Positions 1-9,126 of a DNA stretch of 21,956 bases are shown piece after piece. The notes below the pieces were generated by a model, which saw only the letters and a program-made list of their open reading frames with translations, was not told the DNA's origin and did no database searches. The first letter of the stretch is position 1. Every line of letters starts with the position of its first letter. The position numbers and the translations under genes were made by a program. The stretch covers positions 1 to 21,956 of the forward strand of contig NW_021823581.1 in the NCBI RefSeq assembly GCF_006345805.1, in the 5' to 3' direction. Source of the stretch: Octopus sinensis (Eukaryota).

Positions 1-72
1 TAATTTCACAGCAGGGCTGTCTGTTGATCGGATCAAAACTGGAAACCTGGTCATTGTAACCGATGGAGTGAC
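1..72 (+). mobile_element. 3' end fragment of SINE 3' module (C/D type), cut by window edge
   Basis: aatttcac..gcagggctgtctgttgatcggatcaa..ggaa..cgatggagtg aligns by eye with 4610-4676. Confidence 0.75.
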
Positions 73-89
73 AGTTATATATATAATAA

Positions 90-201
90 GCCTAGTACTT
101 ATTCTATTAGTTTATTTGCCGAACCGCTAAGTTACGGAACGTAAACACACCAACATCGGTTGTCAAGTGATGGTGGGTGGACAAACACAGGCACACAAAC
201 A

Positions 202-230
<29 letters not shown>
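90..230 (-). mobile_element. SINE family A, body-only fragment of a diverged subfamily
   Basis: cctagtacttattctat..gccgaaccgctaag..gtaaacacaccaacatcggttgtcaag..ggacaaacacag then (TA)n; same order as in full A copies. Confidence 0.75.
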
Positions 231-232
<2 letters not shown>

Positions 233-425
233 ACTAAAAGAAGGCCTTTGTATATTTGCAATTTTTTCATGGCTTGGGTCCTGTCAGGGGTCTCTCTCTG
301 TGTATAAATCATTAGACACTCTTATACATACATATAAAGCAACAAGAATGACTCCGGCAATTTGGTACAATTGTTTCGCCAACTACAACATTTTATTAAA
401 AGTTGTAAGTATTACCAGATATATA

Positions 426-836
426 TACTGTTTTACTTGTTTCAGTCATTTAACTGCGGCCATGCTGGAGCACCGCCTTTAATCGAGCAACTCGACCCCT
501 GGACTTATTCTTTTGTAAGCCCAGTACTTATTCTATCGGTCTCTTTTGCCGAACCGCTAAGTAACGGGGACATAAACACACCAGCATTGGTTGTCAAGCA
601 ATGCTAGGGGACAAACACAGACGCACAAACACACACACGCATATATATATATATATATATATACATATATATATACGACGGGCTTCTTTCAGTTTCCGTC
701 TACCAAATCCACTCACAAGGCTTTGGTCGGCCCCGAGGCTATAGTAGAAGACACTTGCCCAAGGTGCCATGCAGTGGGACTGAACCCAGAACCATGTGGT
801 TGGTAAACAAGCTACTTACCACACAGCCACTCCTGC
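426..836 (-). mobile_element. SINE family A, near full length (tRNA-like head, internal (TA)n/(TG)n, body, TAAAAGAG-type tail)
   Basis: Matches the other A copies. On the minus strand the head has a pol III A-box-like TGGCTGTGTGG and B-box-like GGTTCAGTCC, followed by accttgggcaag (resembles the start of the CORE-SINE domain; recollection). Confidence 0.9.
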
Positions 837-846
837 ATATATATAT

Positions 847-1011
847 ACAACGGGCTTCTTTCAGTTTCCGTCTACCAAATCCACTCACAAGTCGTTGGTC
901 GGCCCGAGGCTATAGTTGAAGACACTTGCCCAAGGTGCCACGCAGTGGGACTGAACCCAGAACCATGTGGTTGGTAAACAAGCTACTTACCACACAGCCA
1001 CTCCTGCACCT
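847..1011 (-). mobile_element. Second tandem head of the same family A SINE
   Basis: Repeats 676-836 and shares its private variants gaacccagaacc, ggtaaacaag and ctcctgca. Confidence 0.85.
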
Positions 1012-1612
1012 GTATCTCTTATTATAAAAGGCAGATTTTATCTGCCTCCCTTTGTCAGTTATAGAAATCTACAATATAGGATTTCTTCAATTACAATTTA
1101 CTTAGCATTTTTAAGAGTAGAATGCATCGGGTTTTTACCAGGTCCACTTTTTAAAATTTAAACTCCAATTAAGCAAAATTTACAGAAAACTTCACATTCT
1201 GGTGTGTATGTCAAATGCTTTTCTTATGTGGTTTACACCACACGCACACGCACACACACAGTGTGCAAAGAATAAAATGAAAGTAATTCACCTTTTGTAG
1301 TGAGTGACTCTTTCAGTCTGCCACTTCCTCTTTACACACATAGACACGCAAATATATAAATAAAATTGTAAGCTAACGTGCGTGTGTGTGAGTGTGTGTG
1401 TGCGTGTGTGTGTGTGTGTGAGGGTGCGTGTGTGTGTGTGTGTGTGTGTGCGTGAGTGTGTGACAGGAAAGTTTTTTAGGACGAAAAGAAGACCCATATC
1501 GGCGATGTTTCGCTTGTCGTAGCACATGTTTCCGTCGATTTCCGTAAAAAGCTTTTATTTTTTTACATAAGTAATGAGAGCGACAGAGACTAAGAGAAAA
1601 CGATTGTATGAC

Positions 1613-1880
1613 GAGGGAAGTTCTTTTGCAGTTACCGTGCATGGGACGCATTGATGTACATGTGTGTGTGTGTGTGTGTTTGATTGGGTGTGGAAGACAC
1701 AGTATGTTGTGTAAGTGAAGTGCTTCTGTTAGTGTGTGTGAAGAGGGGAAGTTCTTTTGAAGTTACCGTGCATGGCAAGCATTGGTGTACATGTGTGTGT
1801 GTGTGTGTGTGTGTTTGATGGAGTGTGGGAGACAGACAGTATGTTGTGTAAGTGAAGTGCTTCTGTTAGTGTGTGTGAAG
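1613..1880 (+). repeat. Two-copy direct repeat, period about 131 bp, each copy with a (TG)n tract
   Basis: ggaagttcttttg..agttaccgtgcatgg..tgtacat(gt)n..cagtatgttgtgtaagtgaagtgcttctgttagtgtgtgtgaag at about 1613 and 1744. Confidence 0.9.
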
Positions 1881-2094
1881 AGACAGAGTAATGTGTGAAA
1901 GAAAGAGATAACTGGAATTTTTTTACTCGGTTTATGTGTATATGTATGTATGCATGTATGTGTGTGTGTGTGTGTGTGTATGTATGTGTGTGTGTGTATG
2001 TATGTATGTATGGCCGATTCAGTGTTTACATTTTTTAACGGATCGACGGAAACGTGTGCTACGACAAGCGAAACATCGCCCCTATATCCAAGTA

Positions 2095-2565
2095 GCAGAA
2101 AGATCGCCCAAAAGTGTATATAGATATTTAAATGTATTTATAATTCATCGATACACAGATGTATGTATAATGTGTGTGTATATATTTCCATACACGAAAC
2201 CATTCACTCCGCACAAAGTTTTTTAGGACGAAAATAAAATCTAAAGTTATCTCTAAGTAGCACAGAGATCGCCCAAAAGTGTATATAGATATATAAATGT
2301 ATTTATATATTCATCTATGCACACATGTATGTATAACGTGTGTGCATATATTTCCATACAGGTAACCATTCACTCCATACAAAGTTTTTTAGCACGAAAA
2401 TAAGATCTAAAGTTATCTCTAAGAAACAGAAAGATCGCCCAAAAGTGTATATAGATATTTAAATGTATTTATATATTCATCTATACACACATGTATGTAT
2501 AATGTGCGTGTATATATTTCCATAGAGGTAACATTCAATCCATACAAGTTTTTTAGGACGAAAAT
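2095..2565 (+). repeat. Tandem repeat, 165-166 bp unit, about 2.8 copies
   Basis: agatcgcccaaaagtgtatatagata at 2101, 2266 and 2432. Confidence 0.92.
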
Positions 2566-2566
2566 A

Positions 2567-3408
2567 TTTATATATAAAAGAAAGGTTGTGTGTCTGTCTA
2601 CTCCGATTTAGATTCCTAACTACTCCCACATTTTGCGATGCAGTTTAACCAAAACCGGGTATCTTATAGTCGTGATTCATATCGAGCCCTTCTGGGTATT
2701 AGCGCGCGTCTACGATAAGTCTATGATTTTACAAATAATTTACCATCATTTTTTCCCATTTTAATGCATATTTTTAAAAATAAACGGAAGTAACTCTCAA
2801 ACTTCACACCAATATGCGTGCTCATATGCGACGTAATATCACATCAGCAGCATTTCCTCACACCCTCCTTGCACTTGGCGAAGGCAAAATACCAGGGATG
2901 AAAATGGTAATATTGCCATCGATTCCATTTGTACCATTGTTAAGACGCCTTCTGATCTCAGAGATGCAGTGTTCCCAGATCTACAAGCTAATTATCAGAA
3001 TATGGATTGGATTGGCAAAAAAGCTATACTGGCCCCGAGGAATAAAACTGTTCACCATATTAATGATGAAATGCTAAACTCATTCCTGGGGAAGTCTATG
3101 TATATCAGTCTATCGATACAACTCCTGACCCAGAGGACGTCATCAACTATCCAATAGAGGTACTCAATTCCTTTGAGCACCCCGGACTACCACCACACAT
3201 TCTCAAACTTAAAGTTGGTGCCCCTATAATGCTCATCAGAAATTTGGTTCCCCCAAAACAATGCAATGGCACACGTTTGATCGTTAAGTCCTTATCTCCC
3301 ACCGTAAGCTTATATCAATATTTGCCTGAATAATCATCATAATTCAGTGCAATCATTAACAGTACTTTCAAGCAATTCAGCCCCGAGCAACGCCGGGCAA
3401 TTCTGCTA

Positions 3409-3409
<1 letters not shown>
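2567..3409 (+). mobile_element. Non-autonomous Helitron with internal helicase fragment
   Basis: 3' end has a GC-rich subterminal hairpin-like cccgagcaacgccggg followed by CTAG (3406-3409) then T, which is the canonical Helitron end. The 5' end tttatatataaaag resembles a TC-type start. It carries a PIF1 helicase remnant. Confidence 0.8.
2811..3300 (+). pseudogene. Helitron Rep/Hel PIF1-family helicase fragment, two frameshifts
   Basis: NMRAHM..LLALGEGKIP / VFPDLQANYQNMDWIGKKAILAPRNKTVHHIN / YQSIDT..NYPIEVLNSFEHPGLPPHILKLKVGAPIMLIRNLVPPKQCNGTRLIVK; typical Helitron PIF1 motifs. Confidence 0.92.
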
Positions 3410-3410
<1 letters not shown>

Positions 3411-3473
<63 letters not shown>

Positions 3474-3482
3474 TACATATAT
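3411..3482. repeat. (TA)n microsatellite with CA tail
   Basis: Direct inspection. Confidence 0.95.
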
Positions 3483-3824
3483 GCAGTGATTGCTCCGTCT
3501 TCACAGAAGATAGCTGTGTCGTTGTGCTTCCTTGTGAATGCCGTTTCTGATTTTCCATCCGTCACCTCTCAGATGACGAAGCAGTCCCCGATGCGATCCG
3601 CGCGTGTTCTGAAGCGTAATTGACAGACAAACGTCGTTAACTTCTCTACTCTTCCAACCGGACATGTCTGCACACGTCGTCACTTTTCTTCTGTCACCGT
3701 AAGGCTTTTAGTAGATACAATGACAAGTAATTACAAAGATAAGTGGTAGTACTATACAAGTACCCTTTCCCTCAGAGTCTCTGTGATAAGTATATGGTGA
3801 CAGGCCAAATGAGACGACCTGTAA

Positions 3825-4236
3825 TACTCTCTCTCTCTTTTACTCTTTTACTTGTTTCAGTCATTTGACTGCGGCCATGCTGGAGCACCGCCTTTAGTCG
3901 AGCAAATCGGCCCCGGGACTTATTCTTTTGTAAGCCCAGTACTTATTCTATCGGTCACCTTTTGCCGAACCGCTAAGAAACGGGGACATAAACACACCAA
4001 CATCGGTTGTCAAGCAATGCTAGGGAGACAAACACAGACACACATACATATATATATATATATACATATATACGACGGGCTTCTTTCAGTTTCCGTCTAC
4101 CAAATCCACTCACAAGGCATTGGTCGGCCCGAGGCTATAGCAGAAGACACTTGCCCAAGGTGCCACGCAGTGGGACTGAACCCGGAACCATGTGGTTGGT
4201 AGACAAGCTACTTACCACACAGCCACTCCTGCGCCT
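3825..4236 (-). mobile_element. SINE family A, full length
   Basis: Tail tactc..cttttacttgtttcagtc through head ending ccactcctgcgcct; internal (CA)/(TA) tract. Confidence 0.92.
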
Positions 4237-4299
4237 AACCATATGAAACAGCAGGTTTTATATCAAAAGTGTCAACCTTCTAGAAGGATGCTGTCACAA

Positions 4300-4684
4300 G
4301 TGGAGGCGCAATGGCCCAGTGGTTAAGGCAGCGGACTTGCGGTCGTAGGATCGCGGTTTCGATTCCCAGACCGGGCGTTGTGAGTGTTTATTGAGCGAAA
4401 ACACCTAAAAGCTCCACGAGGCTCCGGCAGGGGATGGTGGCGATCTCTGCTGCACTCTTTCACCACAACTTTCTCTCACTCTTACTTCCTGTTTCTGTTG
4501 TACCTGTATTTCAAGGGGCCCCTTGTCACTCTCTGTGTCACGCTGAAATCCCCCGAGACTACGTTAAGGGTACACGTGTTCTGTGGAGTGCTCAGCCACT
4601 TACACATTAATTTCACGAGCAGGCTGTTCCGTTGATCGGATCAACCGGAACCCTCATCGTCGTAACCGACGGAGTGTTCAAGAA
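4300..4684 (+). mobile_element. SINE family C, full length, tRNA-derived head
   Basis: GTGGAGGCGCAATGGCCCAGTGG (A box) .. GGTTTCGATTCC (B box-like); 3' stem-loop ttccgttgatcggatcaaccggaa; probable 10-bp TSD gctgtcacaa (4290-4299) / gctgttacaa (4685-4694). Confidence 0.9.
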
Positions 4685-4785
4685 GCTGTTACAACAGCTA
4701 GGGCTCCCTTGCACCTGGTGGTTTTCCTGCATCCCCTGACACTAATTAAAGGTATTTCTCTGCATCTCCATGTCCAGAGAGATTA

Positions 4786-5190
4786 TACTCTTACTCTATA
4801 TTCTTTTACTTGTTTCAGTCATTTGGCTGCGGCCATGCTGGAGCACCGCCTTTAGTTGAGCAAATCGGCCCCAGGACTTATTCTTTGTAAGCCCAGTACT
4901 TATTCTATCGGTCTCTTTTGCCGAACCACTAAGTGACGGGGACGTAAACACACCAGCATCGGTTGTCAAGCAATGCTAGGGGGACAAACACATACACACA
5001 CATACATATATATATATACATATATACGACAGGCTTCTTTCAGTTTCCGTCTACCAAATCCACTCACAAGGCTTTGGTCAGCCCAAGGCTATAGTAGAAG
5101 ACACTTGCCCAAGATGCAAAGCAGAGGGACTGAACCCGGAACCATGTGGTTGGTAAGCAAGCTACTTACCACACAGCCATTCCTGCGCCT
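4786..5190 (-). mobile_element. SINE family A, full length
   Basis: Same architecture as 3825-4236. Confidence 0.92.
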
Positions 5191-5200
5191 ATATATATAT

Positions 5201-5364
5201 ACGACAGGCTTCTTTCAGTTTCCATCTACCAAATCCACTCGCAAGGCATTGGTCGGCCCAAGGCTATAGTAGAAGACACTTGCCCAAGATGCCACGCAGT
5301 GGGACTGAACCCGGAACCATGTGGTTGGTAAGCAAGCTACTTACCACCCACCACTCCTGCGCCT
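5201..5364 (-). mobile_element. Second tandem head of family A SINE
   Basis: Repeats about 5026-5190 after (TA)5 and shares acgacagg, cccaaggctatagtag and cccaagatgc. Confidence 0.85.
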
Positions 5365-5494
5365 ATTATCATCACATATACTAAGTAACTCATACTTGGG
5401 ACCCTGACAGTCGGTACTACTTGGGGTTGGAGTAGACCAGGGGAACAACAGTGGGTTGTGACATGATTAAAGATGTGAATTGGGGTCAATATAG

Positions 5495-5814
5495 GAGCAC
5501 TTCGTCGGTTGCGACGATGAGGGTCCCAGCTGATAGGATCAACGGAACAGCCTGCTCGTGAAATAAACGTGCAAGTGGCTGAGTACTCCACAGACACGTG
5601 TACCATTAACATAGTTCTCGGGGAGATTCAGCATGACACAGTATGTGACAAGGTTGGCCCCTTTCAATTACTGGTACAACTCATTTTTGCCAGCTGTGTG
5701 GACTGGAGCAACGTGAAGTAAAGTGACTCAAGGGCACACAGCGCCGCTGGGAATTGAACTCACGACCTTATGTTCATGAGCCGAATGCCCTATCCGCTAA
5801 GCTACGCACCTTCA
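5495..5814 (-). mobile_element. SINE family D: different tRNA head and middle, same 3' module as family C
   Basis: Minus strand tgaaggtgcgtagcttagcgg..gtgagttcaattccc (B box), then tgcccttgagtcactttacttcacgttgctccagtccac, then the C-type 3' module. Confidence 0.8.
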
Positions 5815-5888
5815 TTGAGGTCAATATATATGACTGATGAACAGGGTGGAGGTGCATTTAAAGGGAACACACACTGTGATGGTGACAA

Positions 5889-5924
<36 letters not shown>

Positions 5925-5925
5925 C

Positions 5926-6590
5926 CACTGTGCTTGAGGGGACCTATTGAGTCAAGGACATCAACATCAAAAAATCAATAGGAAATTGTAGTTGTGATAC
6001 CTGTGCCGGTGGCACGTAAAATGCACCATCCAAATGTGGCCGATGCTAGCACCGCCTTGACTGGCTTCTGTGCTGGTGGCATGTAAAAAGCACCAACCGA
6101 TCGTGGCCGTTGCCAGCCTCACCTGGCACCTGTGCTGGTGGCACGTAAAAAGCACCAACTGATCGTGGCCGTTGCCAGCCTCCCCTGGCACCTGTGCCGG
6201 TGGCACGTAAAAAGCACCAACCGATCGTGGCCGTTGCCGGCCTCCCCTGGCACCTGTGCCGGTGGCATGTAAAAAGCACCAACCGATCGTGGCCGTTGCC
6301 AGCCTCGCCTGGCACCTGTGCCGGTGGCACGTAAAGAGCACCAACCGATCGTGGCCGTTGCCAGCCTCACCTGGCACCTGTGCCGGTGGCACGTAAAGAG
6401 CACCAACCGATCGTGGCCGTTGCCAGCCTCGCCTGACACCTGTGCCGGTGGCACGTAAAAAGCACCCACTACACTCACGGAGTGGTTGGCGTTAGGAAGG
6501 GCATCCAGCTGTAGAAACACTGCCAGATCAGACTGGAGCCTGGTGCAGCTTCCTGGCTTCCCAGACCCCGGTCGAACCTTCCAATCCATG
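5926..6590 (+). mobile_element. LINE family B 3' end (RTE-like), 5' part of an interrupted copy
   Basis: ctgtgcttgagggggacc matches the ORF-end region of the 12.3 kb copy. It continues through the VNTR and cacccactacactc..gttggcgttaggaagggcatccagc and breaks at ccaatccatg. Confidence 0.8.
5998..6466 (+). repeat. 62-bp minisatellite, about 7.5 units, inside LINE family B 3' UTR
   Basis: ctggcacctgtgccggtggcacgtaaaaagcaccaaccgatcgtggccgttgccagcctc(g/c/a)c; ctggca at 6123 and 6185. The minus-strand ORFs show a matching 62-aa period. Confidence 0.95.
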
Positions 6591-6617
6591 TTTTTAGTCA
6601 AGCAAATTGACCCCAGG

Positions 6618-7145
6618 AATGTTTCTTTAATTGTGTTTTACATTTTGTACAGAAAAACTTATGACATGAAGCTGTTGAGGTTTTGTCTATGATGGACTCT
6701 CCATCAAGAGTCTGAATAATCTTAAACAAAATACTCTTCTACATATTTGACTTTATGGGCGCAGGAGTGGCTGTGTGCTAAGTAGCTTGCTTACGAACCA
6801 CATGGTTCCGGGTTCAGTCCCACTGTGTGGCACCTTGGGCAAGTTTCTTCTACTATAGCCTTGGGCCGACCAAAGCCTTGTGAGTGGATTTGGCAGATGG
6901 AAACTGAAAGAAGCCCGTTGTATATATATATGTGTGTGTGTGTGTGTGTATATATATTTGCGTGTCTGTGTTTGTCCCCTCCCCCCAACATCGCTTAACA
7001 ACTAATGCGGTTCTGCAAAAAGACCGATAGAATAAGTGCTAGGCTTACAAAGAATAAGTCCTGGGGTCAATTTGCTTGACTAAAAGTGGTGCTCCAGCAT
7101 GGCCACAGCCAAATGACTGAAACAAGTAAAAGAGTAAAAGAGCAT
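6618..7145 (+). repeat. Local duplicate of 8986-9509 (about 140 bp flank plus a SINE A copy)
   Basis: Shared flank aatgtttctttaattgtgttttacattttgtacagaaaaacttatgacatg.., the same ~28-bp internal deletion in the SINE body and the same private variants. Confidence 0.92.
6757..7142 (+). mobile_element. SINE family A with ~28-bp internal deletion
   Basis: ggcgcaggagtggctgtgtg..gggttcagtccc..(TA)(TG)n..gaaacaagtaaaagagtaaaagag. Confidence 0.9.
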
Positions 7146-7171
7146 GAAAGCAGACGTTAAACAATGATGAT
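7141..7171 (+). mobile_element. Displaced 3' tail of the LINE family B copy at 5926-6590
   Basis: agcatgaaagcagacgttaaacaatgatgat matches the family B terminus ctagcatgaaaagcggacgctaaatgatgat at about 12821-12866. Confidence 0.8.
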
Positions 7172-7345
7172 ATTGGTAGATGGTAAGGTGAGAGGTATTG
7201 GAGTGGCTCGGGAAAGAGAAGAGATGATGTGCAAGAAGCAGTTTATTTCATTTATTTATAATTATTATCAAATGTCAAAGTCTTTTTATCACACGTCTAT
7301 GATCTGGCCACTGCGACACCAGTTTATCTTTCTCAGTCAAATTGT

Positions 7346-8554
7346 TCTCTTTCGTTACCAACCCGGCTGAAACCGGCTCTGGCTCTGTAGAACAAATGTC
7401 AATCTTCCACCAAACCTTAGTCACAATTTATGTTCCTAACACTAGCTTAATGATAACAAAGTTATTTTACTAAATTCTTTGTTATATTTAAAGTAATTGA
7501 AAGAAACACAGAGCATCTCAACAGAAATCTGGTAACAAAAGGGTTAAAATATATAATAGAAACAATTCTTAACCCTTTTGATACCAACCTGGCTGAAACC
7601 ACCTCTGGCTCTGTAGTACAAATGTCTTGTTTTCATAAGTTTTGAATTAAAATCTTCCACCAAACCTTAGTCACAATTTATGTTCCTAACACTAGCTGAA
7701 TGATAACCAAGTTATTTTACTAAATTATTTGTTATATTTAAAGTAATTGAAAGAAACAGAGCATCTTAACAGAAGAAATATGGTAACAAAAGGGTTAAGA
7801 TATATAATAGAGAAACAATTCGTAACCCTTTTGATACCAACCTGGTTGAAACCACCTCTGGCTCTGTAGTACAAATGTCTTGTTTCCATAAGTTCTGAAT
7901 TAAAATCTTCCACCAAACCTTAGTCACAATTTATGTTCTTAACACTAGCTGAATGATAACCAAGTTATTTTACTAAATTCTTTGTTATATTTAAAATCAA
8001 TTGAAAGAAACACAGAGCATTTCAAAATAAATACAGTAACGAAAGGGTTAAGATATATAATAGAGAAACAATTCTTAACCCTTTTGATACCAACCTGGTT
8101 TAAACCACCTCTGGCTCTGGGTACAAATGTTTTGTTTTCATAAGTTCTGGATTAAAATCTTCCACCAAACCTTAGTCACAATTTATGTTCTTAACACTAG
8201 CTGAATGATAACTAAGTTATTTTACTAAATTCTTTGTTATATTTAAAATCAATTGAAAGAAACACAGAGCATTTCAAAATAAATACAGTAACGAAAGGGT
8301 TAAGATATATAATAGAGAAACAATTCTTAACCCTTTTGATACCAACCTGGTTTAAACTACCTCTGGCTCTGGGTACAAATGTTTTGTTTTCATAAGTTTT
8401 GAATTAAAATCTTCCACCAAACCTTAGTCACAATTTATGTTCCTAACACTAGCTGAATGATAACTAAGTTATTTTACTAAATTCTTTGTTATATTTAAAG
8501 TAATTGAAAGAAACACGGAGCATCTCAACAGAAATATGGTAATGAAAGGCTTAA
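7346..8554. mobile_element. Tandem array of five ~230-bp piggyBac-like MITEs with 21-23 bp AT-rich spacers, period 252-253 bp
   Basis: Units run TTAA-CCCTTTTGATACCA .. TGGTAACAAAAGGG-TTAA; starts at about 7346 (degenerate, 24-bp deletion), 7569, 7822, 8075 and 8327. TTAA target and CCC/GGG termini are piggyBac-superfamily hallmarks. Confidence 0.8.
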
Positions 8555-8591
8555 TAAACTTGACAACTTCAACTGGTAACACAGACAGTAG

Positions 8592-8880
8592 TGGCACTGA
8601 CATAAAGCATAGCGGATTGGGGTACTGGCTCTGTATATTGTGAACAGGGTCAGTGACATCGCAAACACTAAATATAGCAGATGGTGTCACTGGCACTACA
8701 GATGGTGGAGGGAGGTACCACTGATAAAAGACAGGGGCATTGACATGAAATATAGCAAATTGGGGTACTGGCTCTGTATATTGTGGACAGGGCCAGTGAC
8801 ATCGCAAACAGCTGACTGTGACACAGATACTAAATATAGCAGATGGTGAGACTGGTACTCCAGATGGTGGATGGTGATAC
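8592..8880 (+). repeat. Imperfect two-copy direct repeat, period about 143 bp
   Basis: ggggtactggctctgtatattgtg..cagtgacatcgcaaaca..ctaaatatagcagatggtg at 8619 and 8762. Confidence 0.85.
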
Positions 8881-8893
8881 AGACATCTTAGAT

Positions 8894-8960
8894 CAGTGGT
8901 TCTCAACCCCAACTCTCAGGGTCACACATGGCCCTCTGGGATCTTTCCAGTGGGCCTTCA
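8894..8960 (+). mobile_element. Possible hAT-type MITE left end
   Basis: Starts CAGTGGTTCTCAACC, like hAT/Charlie TIRs; no partner TIR found. Confidence 0.3.
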
Positions 8961-9126
8961 GTGTCTTCCTTCTATAAATATAATAAATGTTTCTTTAATT
9001 GTGTTTTACATTTTGTACAGAAAAACTTATGACATGAAGCTGTTGAGGTTTTGTTCTATGATGGACTCTCCCATCAAGAGTCTGAATAATCTTAAACAAT
9101 ATACTCTTCTACATATTTGACTTTAT

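Larger units (their letters stand above)
1015..2565 (+). mobile_element. Putative non-autonomous Helitron-like segment with internal microsatellites, tandem repeats and inverted repeats
   Basis: Begins A|TCTCTTATTATAAAAG followed by a perfect stem GGCAGAT-TTT-ATCTGCC. It has no own CTAG end and runs directly into the Helitron at 2567. Confidence 0.4.

Noticed and set aside
362-806. Recurrent ORFs such as FDCGHAGAPPL.. and TCPRCHAVGLNPEPCGW (also about 3.9, 5.0, 9.2, 16.2, 21.2 kb), with an apparent CxxC
   Set aside because: They are antisense translations of SINE A copies; recurrence reflects the repeat, not a protein family.
3501-3683. 60-aa minus-strand ORF
   Set aside because: No motif I can identify with confidence; kept only as an unexplained island.
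4300-4378. SINE heads as functional tRNA genes (also 5740-5814, 20700-20782, 14790-14874 and the A heads)
   Set aside because: No convincing acceptor stem, and each continues into a SINE body, some with TSDs.
5998-6466. 62-bp repeat array as a CRISPR array or repeat-protein gene (ORFs 5967-6392, 6046-6330, 6119-6601)
   Set aside because: No unique spacers and no cas genes; the unit is not a multiple of 3, so all frames give the same permuted peptide; it lies in a LINE 3' UTR.
7346-8554. Repeat-spacer array as CRISPR-like
   Set aside because: Spacers are near-identical and repeats are about 230 bp with TIRs.
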